The notes under the pieces are model-generated. The model saw only the letters and a list, made by a program, of their open reading frames with translations. It did not search any database and was not told where the DNA came from. From IMG/VR virus record IMGVR_UViG_3300011115_000889, positions 1-52,558 of that record: a stretch of 52,558 bases of DNA. One strand, 5' to 3'. The stretch's first letter is position 1, and each line of letters opens with the position of its first letter. Positions 26,396 through 34,583 of the stretch are shown piece after piece. Position numbers and translations under genes: made by a program. The stretch is from a virus (taxonomy: Duplodnaviria > Caudoviricetes).

Positions 26396-28402
26396 ATGTC
26401 ATTTGATTTAACAAATTTAAGTAATGCTAATTTGGAGGCATTGCATAAGTCTTTGCATGCTGATGTTTCTGACCCTGTAAAAGTTCAAGCCCATCACCTT
26501 GTCACAACCGAGTTGCTGGTTCGTGGTTTAGACCATGGACATAATGGCGATGAGTGGAATCGTGCCGTTATTGAAATTGGTGTTGAAAATGATGTGCCTG
26601 TTAATAAGGCGTTTGATGGCATTCCTTCTGATGTGGTTGATACGGTCAATGTTGAGTTGGGTTATCCTGAATCTGTTTCTAAAACCACTATTTTGACTGT
26701 TGATGGTTACACCTTAAAGTTTGATACTTTCAAAAAAGATGGTGAACCTGAAGATAGATTGAACCCTACTCAATCTGCTGTGTATGAGTTTTTGGAATCT
26801 TTAACGGAAACTGTTGGCAAATTTAACCAGAGTTCGGATGCTAACGGGGCACATTACATGGAAGAAAACCCGTTTGTTGACGAAGGTTTGATGTGTGCTA
26901 ATTGCGTCTTTTTTCAAGGCGGTGGCGGTTGTGAAATCGTTGAGGGTCAGATTGACCACATGGCTTTGTGTAAGTTTTGGATTATTCCTGAAAACCTTTT
27001 AAATGGAATGTCCAAGCATCTTCAGGGTCAGCATGACCAGAGAAGTCATGGTCTTTGGTCACATACTACCTCTTCTGTTAGTGCATCTGATTTGAACAAA
27101 ATTGGTTTGTTTATGAATAAACGCACTATGCGTTTGAATTACAATGAAGGTTATGACGCTGGTGCTGAGTTAATACGCACTAATCCTGATGCTCAAAAAT
27201 TGCCAGAAGTTTTGGCTCGCCATAACGATTTGCATGCAACATTAACTAAGTTCAAAACAAGCACTGATGAATTATTTAATGTGCATGTTTCTGAAGCCAT
27301 TATTACTGATGCAGGTTTTTTTGATGGCTTGAATGGAAATAAGCGTCAGTTCCGCCGTCTTTTGGTTGACCCACTTCCTTGGGTAAATGGGATTCCTTTG
27401 ATGAAACATCTTTCTGGTCAACACGACCAGTCCAGTCACGGCTCTTGGGCTAAGGGCAATTTATCAACCCACGACTGGGGTTATGGAAGTGACCGTCCTG
27501 AAGTTTTAAGTAAACCGCAATCAATTGAAGTTGGTGGCGAAACTATTACTGCTTCAAGTTCTGGTTTGTGGCATTATTTGATGAGCGATGGTCGTGGTGG
27601 TTGGGAGTTAACTCCTGAACGCAAAGAATTTCATGATAAACTTATTGCAGAGGCTTTAGATGGAGTTCCTAAATCTTCTGACCCTACTTTTACTATGATG
27701 GGTGGCGGTGGTGGTTCTGGTAAAGGAACCGTTCAGAAAAAACCTCAAACAGTTAAATTGGCTAAAGATGCTGGAGTTCCTTTGCCTCCTGAAGGCATGG
27801 CTGTAAAAATTGATGCTGACGAAATTAAAGCAAAATTACCAGATTTTAAAGTTTATTTGGATGCTGGCAGAAAAGCAGATGTGGCTGGTTGGACACATGA
27901 AGAATCTTCAATTATTGGTAAAGCAATTCAAGCGGCCGCTATTAAGGCTGGTAAAGATGTTTTCTTGGATGGTACTGGTAATTCAAGTGCAAGTAGTTTA
28001 AATAAAAAAATTACTCAAGCCCGTGATGCTGGTTACAAAGTTAATGGTTGTTATGTAAGTGCAAGTATTGATTTGGCTTGGAAACAAAACATGCAAAGGT
28101 CTGTAGAAGACCCTAATCGTGGTCTTGTTCCTGCCCCTAATTTCTTAAATAATCACAAATCGGTTTCAGCAATTATTCCTCAAATGGCTAGTCAGTTTGA
28201 TAATTTTGTGCTGTTTGATACTAATCATGATACTCGCGTTGAGGGTGCCCCTGCTGAACTAATTGCAACTGCTTCCCGTGGTGGTAGAATAAACATTGTT
28301 AATAGTTCTTTGTGGAAAACATTTATTAACAAAGCAAGTGATAAAACAACTGTTCAAGATTTGGATGCTCGGTATGTTCAATTTCAGAAAGGGAATAAAT
28401 AA
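26396..28402 (+). CDS. polyprotein: His-rich N-domain + HiPIP-like 4-Cys domain + tagged unknown domain + tagged zeta-toxin P-loop kinase
   Basis: Start after GGAGGAG; CANC..CEIV.G.I..LCKFW; 2 tags; MGGGGGSGKGT, IDADEIK, HEES, DGT. Confidence 0.8.
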   Translation: MSFDLTNLSNANLEALHKSLHADVSDPVKVQAHHLVTTELLVRGLDHGHNGDEWNRAVIEIGVENDVPVNKAFDGIPSDVVDTVNVELGYPESVSKTTILTVDGYTLKFDTFKKDGEPEDRLNPTQSAVYEFLESLTETVGKFNQSSDANGAHYMEENPFVDEGLMCANCVFFQGGGGCEIVEGQIDHMALCKFWIIPENLLNGMSKHLQGQHDQRSHGLWSHTTSSVSASDLNKIGLFMNKRTMRLNYNEGYDAGAELIRTNPDAQKLPEVLARHNDLHATLTKFKTSTDELFNVHVSEAIITDAGFFDGLNGNKRQFRRLLVDPLPWVNGIPLMKHLSGQHDQSSHGSWAKGNLSTHDWGYGSDRPEVLSKPQSIEVGGETITASSSGLWHYLMSDGRGGWELTPERKEFHDKLIAEALDGVPKSSDPTFTMMGGGGGSGKGTVQKKPQTVKLAKDAGVPLPPEGMAVKIDADEIKAKLPDFKVYLDAGRKADVAGWTHEESSIIGKAIQAAAIKAGKDVFLDGTGNSSASSLNKKITQARDAGYKVNGCYVSASIDLAWKQNMQRSVEDPNRGLVPAPNFLNNHKSVSAIIPQMASQFDNFVLFDTNHDTRVEGAPAELIATASRGGRINIVNSSLWKTFINKASDKTTVQDLDARYVQFQKGNK

Positions 28403-29181
28403 TGGATAGTCGTATTCTTGAACTGATGTCGCAAGATGTTCAGGCTGGCGTAACAGAAAATGACAGTATTTATGTTACTGATGCTGAATCTAGTGAAGCG
28501 TGGAAAAGTTTAGAATCCATCTATCAAAATCTAAAAAATTCAAACATTGTTATGGCGATTCCTGCGGAATGGGATAATGCTGATTATGACCTTGACATGC
28601 TTTACGGTAAAGGATTTTTAGATAAGTATGCAGACACAGAATCAGTTGAAAAAATGTCTTTGGTTTCCAAGGCTGTTAGTGAAGACCGATACACCCTAGG
28701 TCCAATGTATGTTCCTGACCGTGTTGATGCTCATGGTGAGTGGACAAGTTCTGAAGAGTTGCAAAAATCGGTTTGGGATTATGTTCGTAAAGATGACCGC
28801 CGTATCCGTTTACAGCACAATAAAGATGTTGTGGCTGGTGAATGGGTTGAAGTCATGGCTTGGCCTTACGAAGTTTCAGTTCCTATGCAAAAGTCTGATG
28901 GTTCTATGGAAGATGTTACTTTCCCAAAGGACACTGTTTTCCTTGGTGTTGTTTGGGAACCTTGGGCTTGGGAAATGGTGAAGGCTGGCAAGTTGTTGGG
29001 TTATTCCATTGGTGGTCGTGCCCAGCGTCTTGAAGTTGATTTACCAGTTGCTAAAGAAGATGGTTCATCTACCGTGTCGGGTCCTACAGTGAACACTGTT
29101 CATGTGGATACTGTTATGGGTGGGCAGAAAAAGAAGCCCAAAAAAGATGTAAAGGTGACTGACAAAGATGTTTCTGACTAG
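28402..29181 (+). CDS. XkdF-like prohead serine protease with ~85-aa N-terminal extension
   Basis: RYTLGPMYVPDRVDAHGEW, RLQH, W..VKAGKLLGYSIGG. Confidence 0.85.
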   Translation: MDSRILELMSQDVQAGVTENDSIYVTDAESSEAWKSLESIYQNLKNSNIVMAIPAEWDNADYDLDMLYGKGFLDKYADTESVEKMSLVSKAVSEDRYTLGPMYVPDRVDAHGEWTSSEELQKSVWDYVRKDDRRIRLQHNKDVVAGEWVEVMAWPYEVSVPMQKSDGSMEDVTFPKDTVFLGVVWEPWAWEMVKAGKLLGYSIGGRAQRLEVDLPVAKEDGSSTVSGPTVNTVHVDTVMGGQKKKPKKDVKVTDKDVSD

Positions 29182-29665
29182 CGATAGTGATTATGTTCCT
29201 TTTGGTTCTGTAAATAAGTCTGTGGCTGATGTTGCGTCACTTTTGCGTACCACTTTGTCTGATGTTGTAACTTTTTACAATCGTGCCCATGGGTTTCATT
29301 GGAATGTTAAGGGTTCTGATTTTGCTCAGTATCATGAACTTTTTGAATCCATTTACGAAGATGTTTACAGTTCAATTGACCCTCTTGCTGAAAACATGTT
29401 AAAACTTGGCGTGGATGCCCCATTTAAGTTGTCTGATTTTATTGCTTACCGAACTTTGCCAGAAACCACTATTGGTTCTGCTGATGACCCCCGTTCTATG
29501 GCATCAGATTTGCAGAAGGCAAACCTTCAACTGATTAACACATTAAACATGGCTTTCACTTCTGCAAACTCGTCTAATGAGCAGGGTGTGGCTAATTTTC
29601 TTGCTGAACGCATTGACATGCACAAAAAGTGGGATTGGCAACTTCGTTCAAGTTTGGGGATGTAA
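29168..29665 (+). CDS. dps: Dps / mini-ferritin
   Basis: AHGFHWNVKG..F..YHELFE.IY..D.LAE...HKKW.W.L ferroxidase residues. Confidence 0.93.
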   Translation: MFLTSDSDYVPFGSVNKSVADVASLLRTTLSDVVTFYNRAHGFHWNVKGSDFAQYHELFESIYEDVYSSIDPLAENMLKLGVDAPFKLSDFIAYRTLPETTIGSADDPRSMASDLQKANLQLINTLNMAFTSANSSNEQGVANFLAERIDMHKKWDWQLRSSLGM

Positions 29666-29859
29666 TGCAAATTTTTAAGGTCGGCACTTCAGTTCGTTAT
29701 CGTGAATCTGGTCGTGTGTATCATGCCATTGTTACTGGTGTAACTAATCAAACCACTTTAAATTTGCGTATCGGTAATGGTGCAACCAAAAAAGTAGTCA
29801 CGGGTGCAACCAAAGTTGACCCAACTGGTACCACGACTGGTTTTTATCAGGGTCGTTAA
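29665..29859 (+). CDS. small virion-region protein
   Basis: 64 aa from MQIFKVG; TAATG coupling to dps. Confidence 0.6.
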   Translation: MQIFKVGTSVRYRESGRVYHAIVTGVTNQTTLNLRIGNGATKKVVTGATKVDPTGTTTGFYQGR

Positions 29860-29962
29860 ATCCGACACGCCCAAAGTCGAACCCTCAATGTAATTGATTT
29901 GTGTTAATTTTGAGCAAGTCAAGATTTGCAGTTAATTCTGCATGTTCAGAACAGAGGATGTT

Positions 29963-30733
29963 ATGGCTCGTACAACAACTCGCAAAATGGTTAATCTCGA
30001 CATTGAGGAAACCAGTGGCGTTGACCGTCCTGCACATTTGCATGATGGTTGGTTGGTTATGAAGTCTGCTAATACGGAATCTGTTAACGAACTCCTTGAA
30101 TCATCCGTTATCAAACAGGAGGAATCAATGTCGGAAACCATTGAAACCCGTCTTGAAGAAGCAATGAACTTGCTTCAAAAGGCAGAAGAAAGAATTGCTG
30201 AACTTGAGGAAGCAACAGAGGTTGACGCAGAAGTTGAGGCTCCTGCTGATGAAACCGATGAAGAAGTAATCAAATCAGCCCCAGAGCCTGTGCAGAAGGC
30301 TTTTGAAGTTTTGCGTAAGCAAGCGGAAGAAGCAGTTGCTAAGGCTGAAGAAGTTGAAGCCGTTTTGAAATCAGAGCGTGATGCCCGTGCAGATGCAGAA
30401 GCAGTTGCTAAGGCTCGTTCATGGTCACACCTTTCACTAGATGCAGAAAATGTTGGACCTGCCCTTCGTCAGTTGGCAGAAACCAATGAAGTTCTTGCAA
30501 AATCTGTTGAAGCAGTCCTTGAGAGCGTTAATGCTCAGGCTGAATCAGCAAACATTTTTGCCGAAATTGGTCGCACTTCAGCCAATACGGGAAACGCTTT
30601 CTCTCAGATGGAATCAATGGCTAAGTCCATGGTTTCTGCTGGTGAAGCAAACACATTTGAACAGGCTTTTGCTGAAATTGCATCAGCCGAACCGTCATTG
30701 TACGCACAATACCAAAACGAGAAAGGTGCTTAA
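29963..30733 (+). CDS. capsid scaffolding protein
   Basis: ETSGVDRPAH N-motif, acidic coiled coil, many [VILM]-x-K-[SA] sites; precedes the capsid genes. Confidence 0.75.
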   Translation: MARTTTRKMVNLDIEETSGVDRPAHLHDGWLVMKSANTESVNELLESSVIKQEESMSETIETRLEEAMNLLQKAEERIAELEEATEVDAEVEAPADETDEEVIKSAPEPVQKAFEVLRKQAEEAVAKAEEVEAVLKSERDARADAEAVAKARSWSHLSLDAENVGPALRQLAETNEVLAKSVEAVLESVNAQAESANIFAEIGRTSANTGNAFSQMESMAKSMVSAGEANTFEQAFAEIASAEPSLYAQYQNEKGA

Positions 30734-30739
30734 TTAACC

Positions 30740-31132
30740 ATGGCATACGAATTCAGTAATTACAGCGTAAAGATAACACTTGTTGCAGGTGCAGACCTTT
30801 CCGCTTTACAGTACAACTTTGTTAAGTTGAACTCCAGTGGTCAGGCAATTGCTATTGCGGCCGCGACAGATGTACCTGTTGGCGTTCTTCAGAATGCTCC
30901 ACTTTCAGGTCAAGAAGCAGAAGTTCTAATTGTTGGTGGAACCAAAATTGTTGCTGGTGCTTCAATTTCTCTACCTAGTGCAATTGGTACTGGTGCTACA
31001 GGTAAGGCAGTTGCTCTAACTACTGCTGATACCACAAAGTATGTTGTCGGTTCATTGATTTCTGCTTCTGGAGCAGACGGAAATGTTGTTACAGCCGTTG
31101 TCAATTGTGCCAACGCTACACGGGCTAACTAA
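30740..31132 (+). CDS. capsid decoration/cement protein (DUF2190-like)
   Basis: AGADLS..QY.FVKL, GVLQNAP..G.EA.V. Confidence 0.75.
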   Translation: MAYEFSNYSVKITLVAGADLSALQYNFVKLNSSGQAIAIAAATDVPVGVLQNAPLSGQEAEVLIVGGTKIVAGASISLPSAIGTGATGKAVALTTADTTKYVVGSLISASGADGNVVTAVVNCANATRAN

Positions 31133-31145
31133 GAGGAGTTAACTA

Positions 31146-32123
31146 ATGCCACAGCCATCAATTAATAGCGTACACATTGACGCTATCCTAACAAACATCT
31201 CAGTTGCTTACATGCAGAAGGCTGAGAACTACATTGCCGACAAGGTTTTCCCTGTTGTTCCTGTAGATAAGAAGAGCAACAAGTTCTTCACCTACACCAA
31301 GAACGATTGGTTCCGCGATGAGGCACAACGCCGTGCAGATGCTACTGAGTCAGCAGGTTCGGGCTACAGCCTTAACACTGATACTTACAGTGCAGAAGTA
31401 TTTGCATTCCACAAGGATGTTGGCGACCAGACAATTGCTAACTCTGATGCACCTTTGTCACCGCTTCGTGAAGCGGCCGAGTTCGTAACAAACCGTATGC
31501 TTCTTCGTAAGGAAATTCAGTTTGTTTCTGACTTCATTAAGACTGGTGTTTGGGGTACCGACCTAACTGGTGTTTCTGGTACACCGTCTACCAATGAATT
31601 TAAGCAGTGGAGCGATTTTGCTAACTCTGACCCATTGGAAGACATTGAACTTGCAAAAGAAACCATTCTTTCAACCACAGGTTTTGAGGCTAATACCCTT
31701 GTCCTTGGTTACTCGGTATTCCGTAAGTTAAAGAATCACCCTGATTTGGTTGACCGTATCAAGTACACCTCTTCAAATGTTATTACCGAAGACATGATTG
31801 CTCGTATGTTCGGTGTTGACCGTGTTCTTGTTGCTAAGTCAGTAAAGGCAACCAACAACGAAGGTGCTACTGGTGCCTATGCGTTTAATGTTGGTAAGTC
31901 TGCTCTTCTTTGCCATGTTGCTCCAAACCCAGGCCTCTTGACTCCTTCTGCTGGTTACACCTTCGCTTGGAATGGTGTTTCAGGCGGTCTTGGTCAGAGC
32001 ATCGGTACTTCACAGTTCCGTATGGAAAGCATCAAGGCTACCCGTGTTGAGGCTGAAATGGCGTTCGATAACAAGATTATCGGCACTGACCTAGGCGTTT
32101 ACCTCGCTTCGGTGGTTGCATAA
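31146..32123 (+). CDS. major capsid protein (lambda gpE-like)
   Basis: HIDAILTNISVAY..IADKVFP.VPV, LKNHP, PSAGYTF; codon usage of a highly expressed gene. Confidence 0.9.
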   Translation: MPQPSINSVHIDAILTNISVAYMQKAENYIADKVFPVVPVDKKSNKFFTYTKNDWFRDEAQRRADATESAGSGYSLNTDTYSAEVFAFHKDVGDQTIANSDAPLSPLREAAEFVTNRMLLRKEIQFVSDFIKTGVWGTDLTGVSGTPSTNEFKQWSDFANSDPLEDIELAKETILSTTGFEANTLVLGYSVFRKLKNHPDLVDRIKYTSSNVITEDMIARMFGVDRVLVAKSVKATNNEGATGAYAFNVGKSALLCHVAPNPGLLTPSAGYTFAWNGVSGGLGQSIGTSQFRMESIKATRVEAEMAFDNKIIGTDLGVYLASVVA

Positions 32124-32124
32124 C

Positions 32125-32364
32125 ATGACTAAGCAGTACCGCGAGGTACTGCGTCCGTTTGACGGGAACGGAACTCGTTACCAAAGTGGAGACATCGTTG
32201 AGGTGTCAACATGGAAACATGTTCACAAATTAGTGGCTACTAGGTACTTGAGTTCCTTCCTCGTCAAACAGGGGCAGAATGAACCTCAAGAAACCAAGGC
32301 TGAAGAGCCTAAAAAAACTACGGCAACAAAAAAAGTTGCTAAACCTACTACAGATGTAGAGTAG
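32125..32364 (+). CDS. small post-capsid protein
   Basis: VLRPF..GDIV motif with a Lys-rich tail. Confidence 0.65.
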   Translation: MTKQYREVLRPFDGNGTRYQSGDIVEVSTWKHVHKLVATRYLSSFLVKQGQNEPQETKAEEPKKTTATKKVAKPTTDVE

Positions 32365-32368
32365 AAGT

Positions 32369-32394
32369 AGCGACCTGAAAGGGTCGCTCTTTTA
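32369..32394 (+). terminator. intrinsic terminator
   Basis: AGCGACC-TGAAAG-GGTCGCT then CTTTTAC. Confidence 0.75.
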
Positions 32395-32409
32395 CTTTAA
32401 GGAGTCTTT

Positions 32410-32832
32410 ATGTCTTTTACTTATACTGGCGACCCAGCAAATTCTGATTTGGATTTGATTCGTTTTTTGCTTTGGGATACTGATAGCACTGATGTGCTTC
32501 TGTCGGACGAAGAATACGCTTACATGCTGAGTACTTGGGGCAATGTGTATGAGGCTGGTAGGGCTTGTGCGGAGCGTATAGCGGCTAAATTTACTCGTCA
32601 GGCTGACCACATCAGTCGAACAGTTGGCGATTTAACAATTTCTAAATCATTTTCTGCTAAGGCTGATGAATACATTAAATTGTCTGATGAGTTGGCTGAA
32701 CAAAGGGCTAGGTTGTTTCCTGCTACCCCTGTTGTTGCTCGTAATAATTTGCTTGCCACTTCTGACCGTGATTTTAGTTCACCTCGTAGGACTGATTTCT
32801 TTGAGGGCATGACTGATAACAGGTCGTTCTAA
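32410..32832 (+). CDS. head-tail adaptor
   Basis: FTYTGDP..D.IRFL..DTD..LLSDEE; synteny. Confidence 0.8.
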   Translation: MSFTYTGDPANSDLDLIRFLLWDTDSTDVLLSDEEYAYMLSTWGNVYEAGRACAERIAAKFTRQADHISRTVGDLTISKSFSAKADEYIKLSDELAEQRARLFPATPVVARNNLLATSDRDFSSPRRTDFFEGMTDNRSF

Positions 32833-33161
32833 TGGCTATTGATGCTGAACTTGTTGAGTTAATGGTTGATTCTGTAACTATTTACCCTTATACAACTACG
32901 GATGCTTACGGTAAGCGTTCTAAGGGTTCTGGTAAAAAGTTTAAGTGCCGTCTTGTTTACGATACGCAGTTGAATAAAGATAACGATGGGCGTGATGTGT
33001 TGGCTTCTGGTCGCATTATTACGGCTGATGATGTGTCTACGGTGAGTGTGGATTCTAAGTTGTTGTTGCCTGATGGTTCAACTCCTCCGATTGTTTCTGT
33101 GTCGGTTATTTCGGATGAAACTGCTGTGTATCATCATGCGGTTATCAGGTTTGGACGGTAG
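32832..33161 (+). CDS. head-tail stopper/closure protein
   Basis: Synteny; DAYG motif, LPDG. Confidence 0.7.
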   Translation: MAIDAELVELMVDSVTIYPYTTTDAYGKRSKGSGKKFKCRLVYDTQLNKDNDGRDVLASGRIITADDVSTVSVDSKLLLPDGSTPPIVSVSVISDETAVYHHAVIRFGR

Positions 33162-33163
33162 TT

Positions 33164-33565
33164 GTGGCTAGGGTCGGTATTGAATGGGATGGGTTGGATG
33201 AGTTGAAGTTTGCTCTTAAAAATTCCCCTCCTTATTTGACGGACATTTTTGAGATGGCTTTGGCTGAAGAGTCGGCTGTAATTTTTGCTCGTTCACAGTT
33301 TTTGGTTCCTGTTGCTACGGGTGTTTTGAAGGGTTCTGGGTATGTCACACCAGTTAAGCGTTCTGGTGCTGTAAGTTATCAGGACATTGGTTATGGTGGA
33401 CCTGCGGCCAGTTATGCGATGTGGGTTCATGAATCGTTTTCTGAGCATACGGAGCCAACTCAGCGTAAGTATTTGGAGCGTCCTGTTAGTGAGCGTTCTA
33501 AGTTTTTGCAGAAAAACATTGCTCTTCGTATGAATGACATGTTGCGTAGATTGTGGGCTAGATAA
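33164..33565 (+). CDS. neck protein, HK97 gp10-like
   Basis: VPVATG.L..S, YA..VHE, KYLE.P. Confidence 0.8.
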   Translation: MARVGIEWDGLDELKFALKNSPPYLTDIFEMALAEESAVIFARSQFLVPVATGVLKGSGYVTPVKRSGAVSYQDIGYGGPAASYAMWVHESFSEHTEPTQRKYLERPVSERSKFLQKNIALRMNDMLRRLWAR

Positions 33566-33960
33566 TGAGTACGATTCTTGAGGCTGTTGGCGATTATTTG
33601 GTTGCTCAGGGTTACGGGACTTTGGGTACAAACATTTTTTTGGGCAAGATGCCTAATAAACCTGATGTGTGTATTGGTGTTTATGAGAATGAGGGTGGTT
33701 CGCCTGATTTCACTATGGGAACTGTTTTGTTGGACAATCCTGCTATTCAGGTCATTGTTAGGGCTGGGATTGAGGATTACCCTACTGCGAGGGATACAGC
33801 ACAGTCCATTCGTCTTTTATTGGCTCAGGTAGCCAATACCACTTTGTCTGGAGTTACGGTGCTTAGGATTGCTCCTGTAGGCTCTGTGTTGCCTATGGGT
33901 GATGACACGAATGACCGTCCCCATGTTAGTGCCAATTTTAGGTGTATTATTCAGTCATGA
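33565..33960 (+). CDS. tail terminator protein
   Basis: IFLGKMP..PD, P.IQVIVRA, D.NDRP..S.NF. Confidence 0.8.
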   Translation: MSTILEAVGDYLVAQGYGTLGTNIFLGKMPNKPDVCIGVYENEGGSPDFTMGTVLLDNPAIQVIVRAGIEDYPTARDTAQSIRLLLAQVANTTLSGVTVLRIAPVGSVLPMGDDTNDRPHVSANFRCIIQS

Positions 33961-34187
33961 CCCCGAAAGAGTTGGCTTGTATTAAGTCCATAGATTCGGC
34001 GATTATGCAGTTGCAAGCAATTAGGCTTGCTTTGGTGAGTTCCGTGGTTGAAAACACCACCGAGGTTGCAAATAGCGACACGCCCGAAGGTGCTTGTTCC
34101 CATAATTCAGTTCAAAATTTTGAAATGATGGGTGGAACAAAAGTGTCCTTGTGTCTAGATTGCGATTTGCAATGGGAGGCACCGTAG
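33957..34187 (+). CDS. hypothetical protein with C-terminal zinc site
   Basis: CSH...MGG...CLDC; ATGA overlap. Confidence 0.6.
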   Translation: MTPKELACIKSIDSAIMQLQAIRLALVSSVVENTTEVANSDTPEGACSHNSVQNFEMMGGTKVSLCLDCDLQWEAP

Positions 34188-34336
34188 TGACCGAAGGGAA
34201 ACCAGACGCTTATGGCAGGAATACGAAAACAGACGAACTCCCAAGATGTTGGCGATGTAACAGAATCCTCGCTCTCAAAGTCACCCGACCTTGGAGTATC
34301 CGATGTTCAAGATGTAAAGCCGAAAATAACGCTTGA
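34187..34336 (+). CDS. Mu Com-like zinc-ribbon protein
   Basis: RCWRCNRIL...IRCSRCKAEN; GTG start after GGAGG. Confidence 0.65.
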   Translation: MTEGKPDAYGRNTKTDELPRCWRCNRILALKVTRPWSIRCSRCKAENNA

Positions 34337-34583
34337 TGACGACATTGATGAGTTGATGAATTCGGAATACCGTCCCCCTTCACAATGCAAAGTTGCTTGG
34401 GTTTTGGAACGGGTTTCTGATGACCATTACGAAAAGTTGTCTGCACTTTTTGATAATCCTTCAGTTCAAGTTACTAAAATTTCTGAAATGATGTCACGCC
34501 ACGGTTTTAGCATTTCGTATCAAAGTATTTTGCGTCACCGTAAACGCTTTTCTAGCGGTTCAGGGTGCAGGTGTCCTAAGTGA
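34212..34583 (+). CDS. small HTH-like protein (true start uncertain, likely near 34330-34356)
   Basis: CKV..L..ISYQSILRHR..CRCP; adjacent to the phosphoesterase. Confidence 0.55.
   Translation: MAGIRKQTNSQDVGDVTESSLSKSPDLGVSDVQDVKPKITLDDDIDELMNSEYRPPSQCKVAWVLERVSDDHYEKLSALFDNPSVQVTKISEMMSRHGFSISYQSILRHRKRFSSGSGCRCPK

Larger units (their letters stand above)
15444..27448 (+). repeat. 15 dispersed in-frame copies of a 45-nt repeat encoding KHL[AQES]G[QK]HDQS[ST]HG[NS]W
   Basis: Lys codon starts at 15444, 15921, 16672, 17410, 18681, 19560, 20475, 21915, 22640, 23387, 24032, 24787, 25491, 27014 and 27404. Confidence 0.97.

Noticed and set aside
15444-27448. Tag repeats as a CRISPR array or DGR repeats
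   Set aside because: Spacing is irregular (0.4-1.5 kb), all copies are in frame with synonymous variation, and no cas or reverse transcriptase gene is present
15444-27448. Tag as an intein or self-splicing junction
   Set aside because: No Cys/Ser N-terminal block, no His-Asn/nucleophile end and no HINT domain
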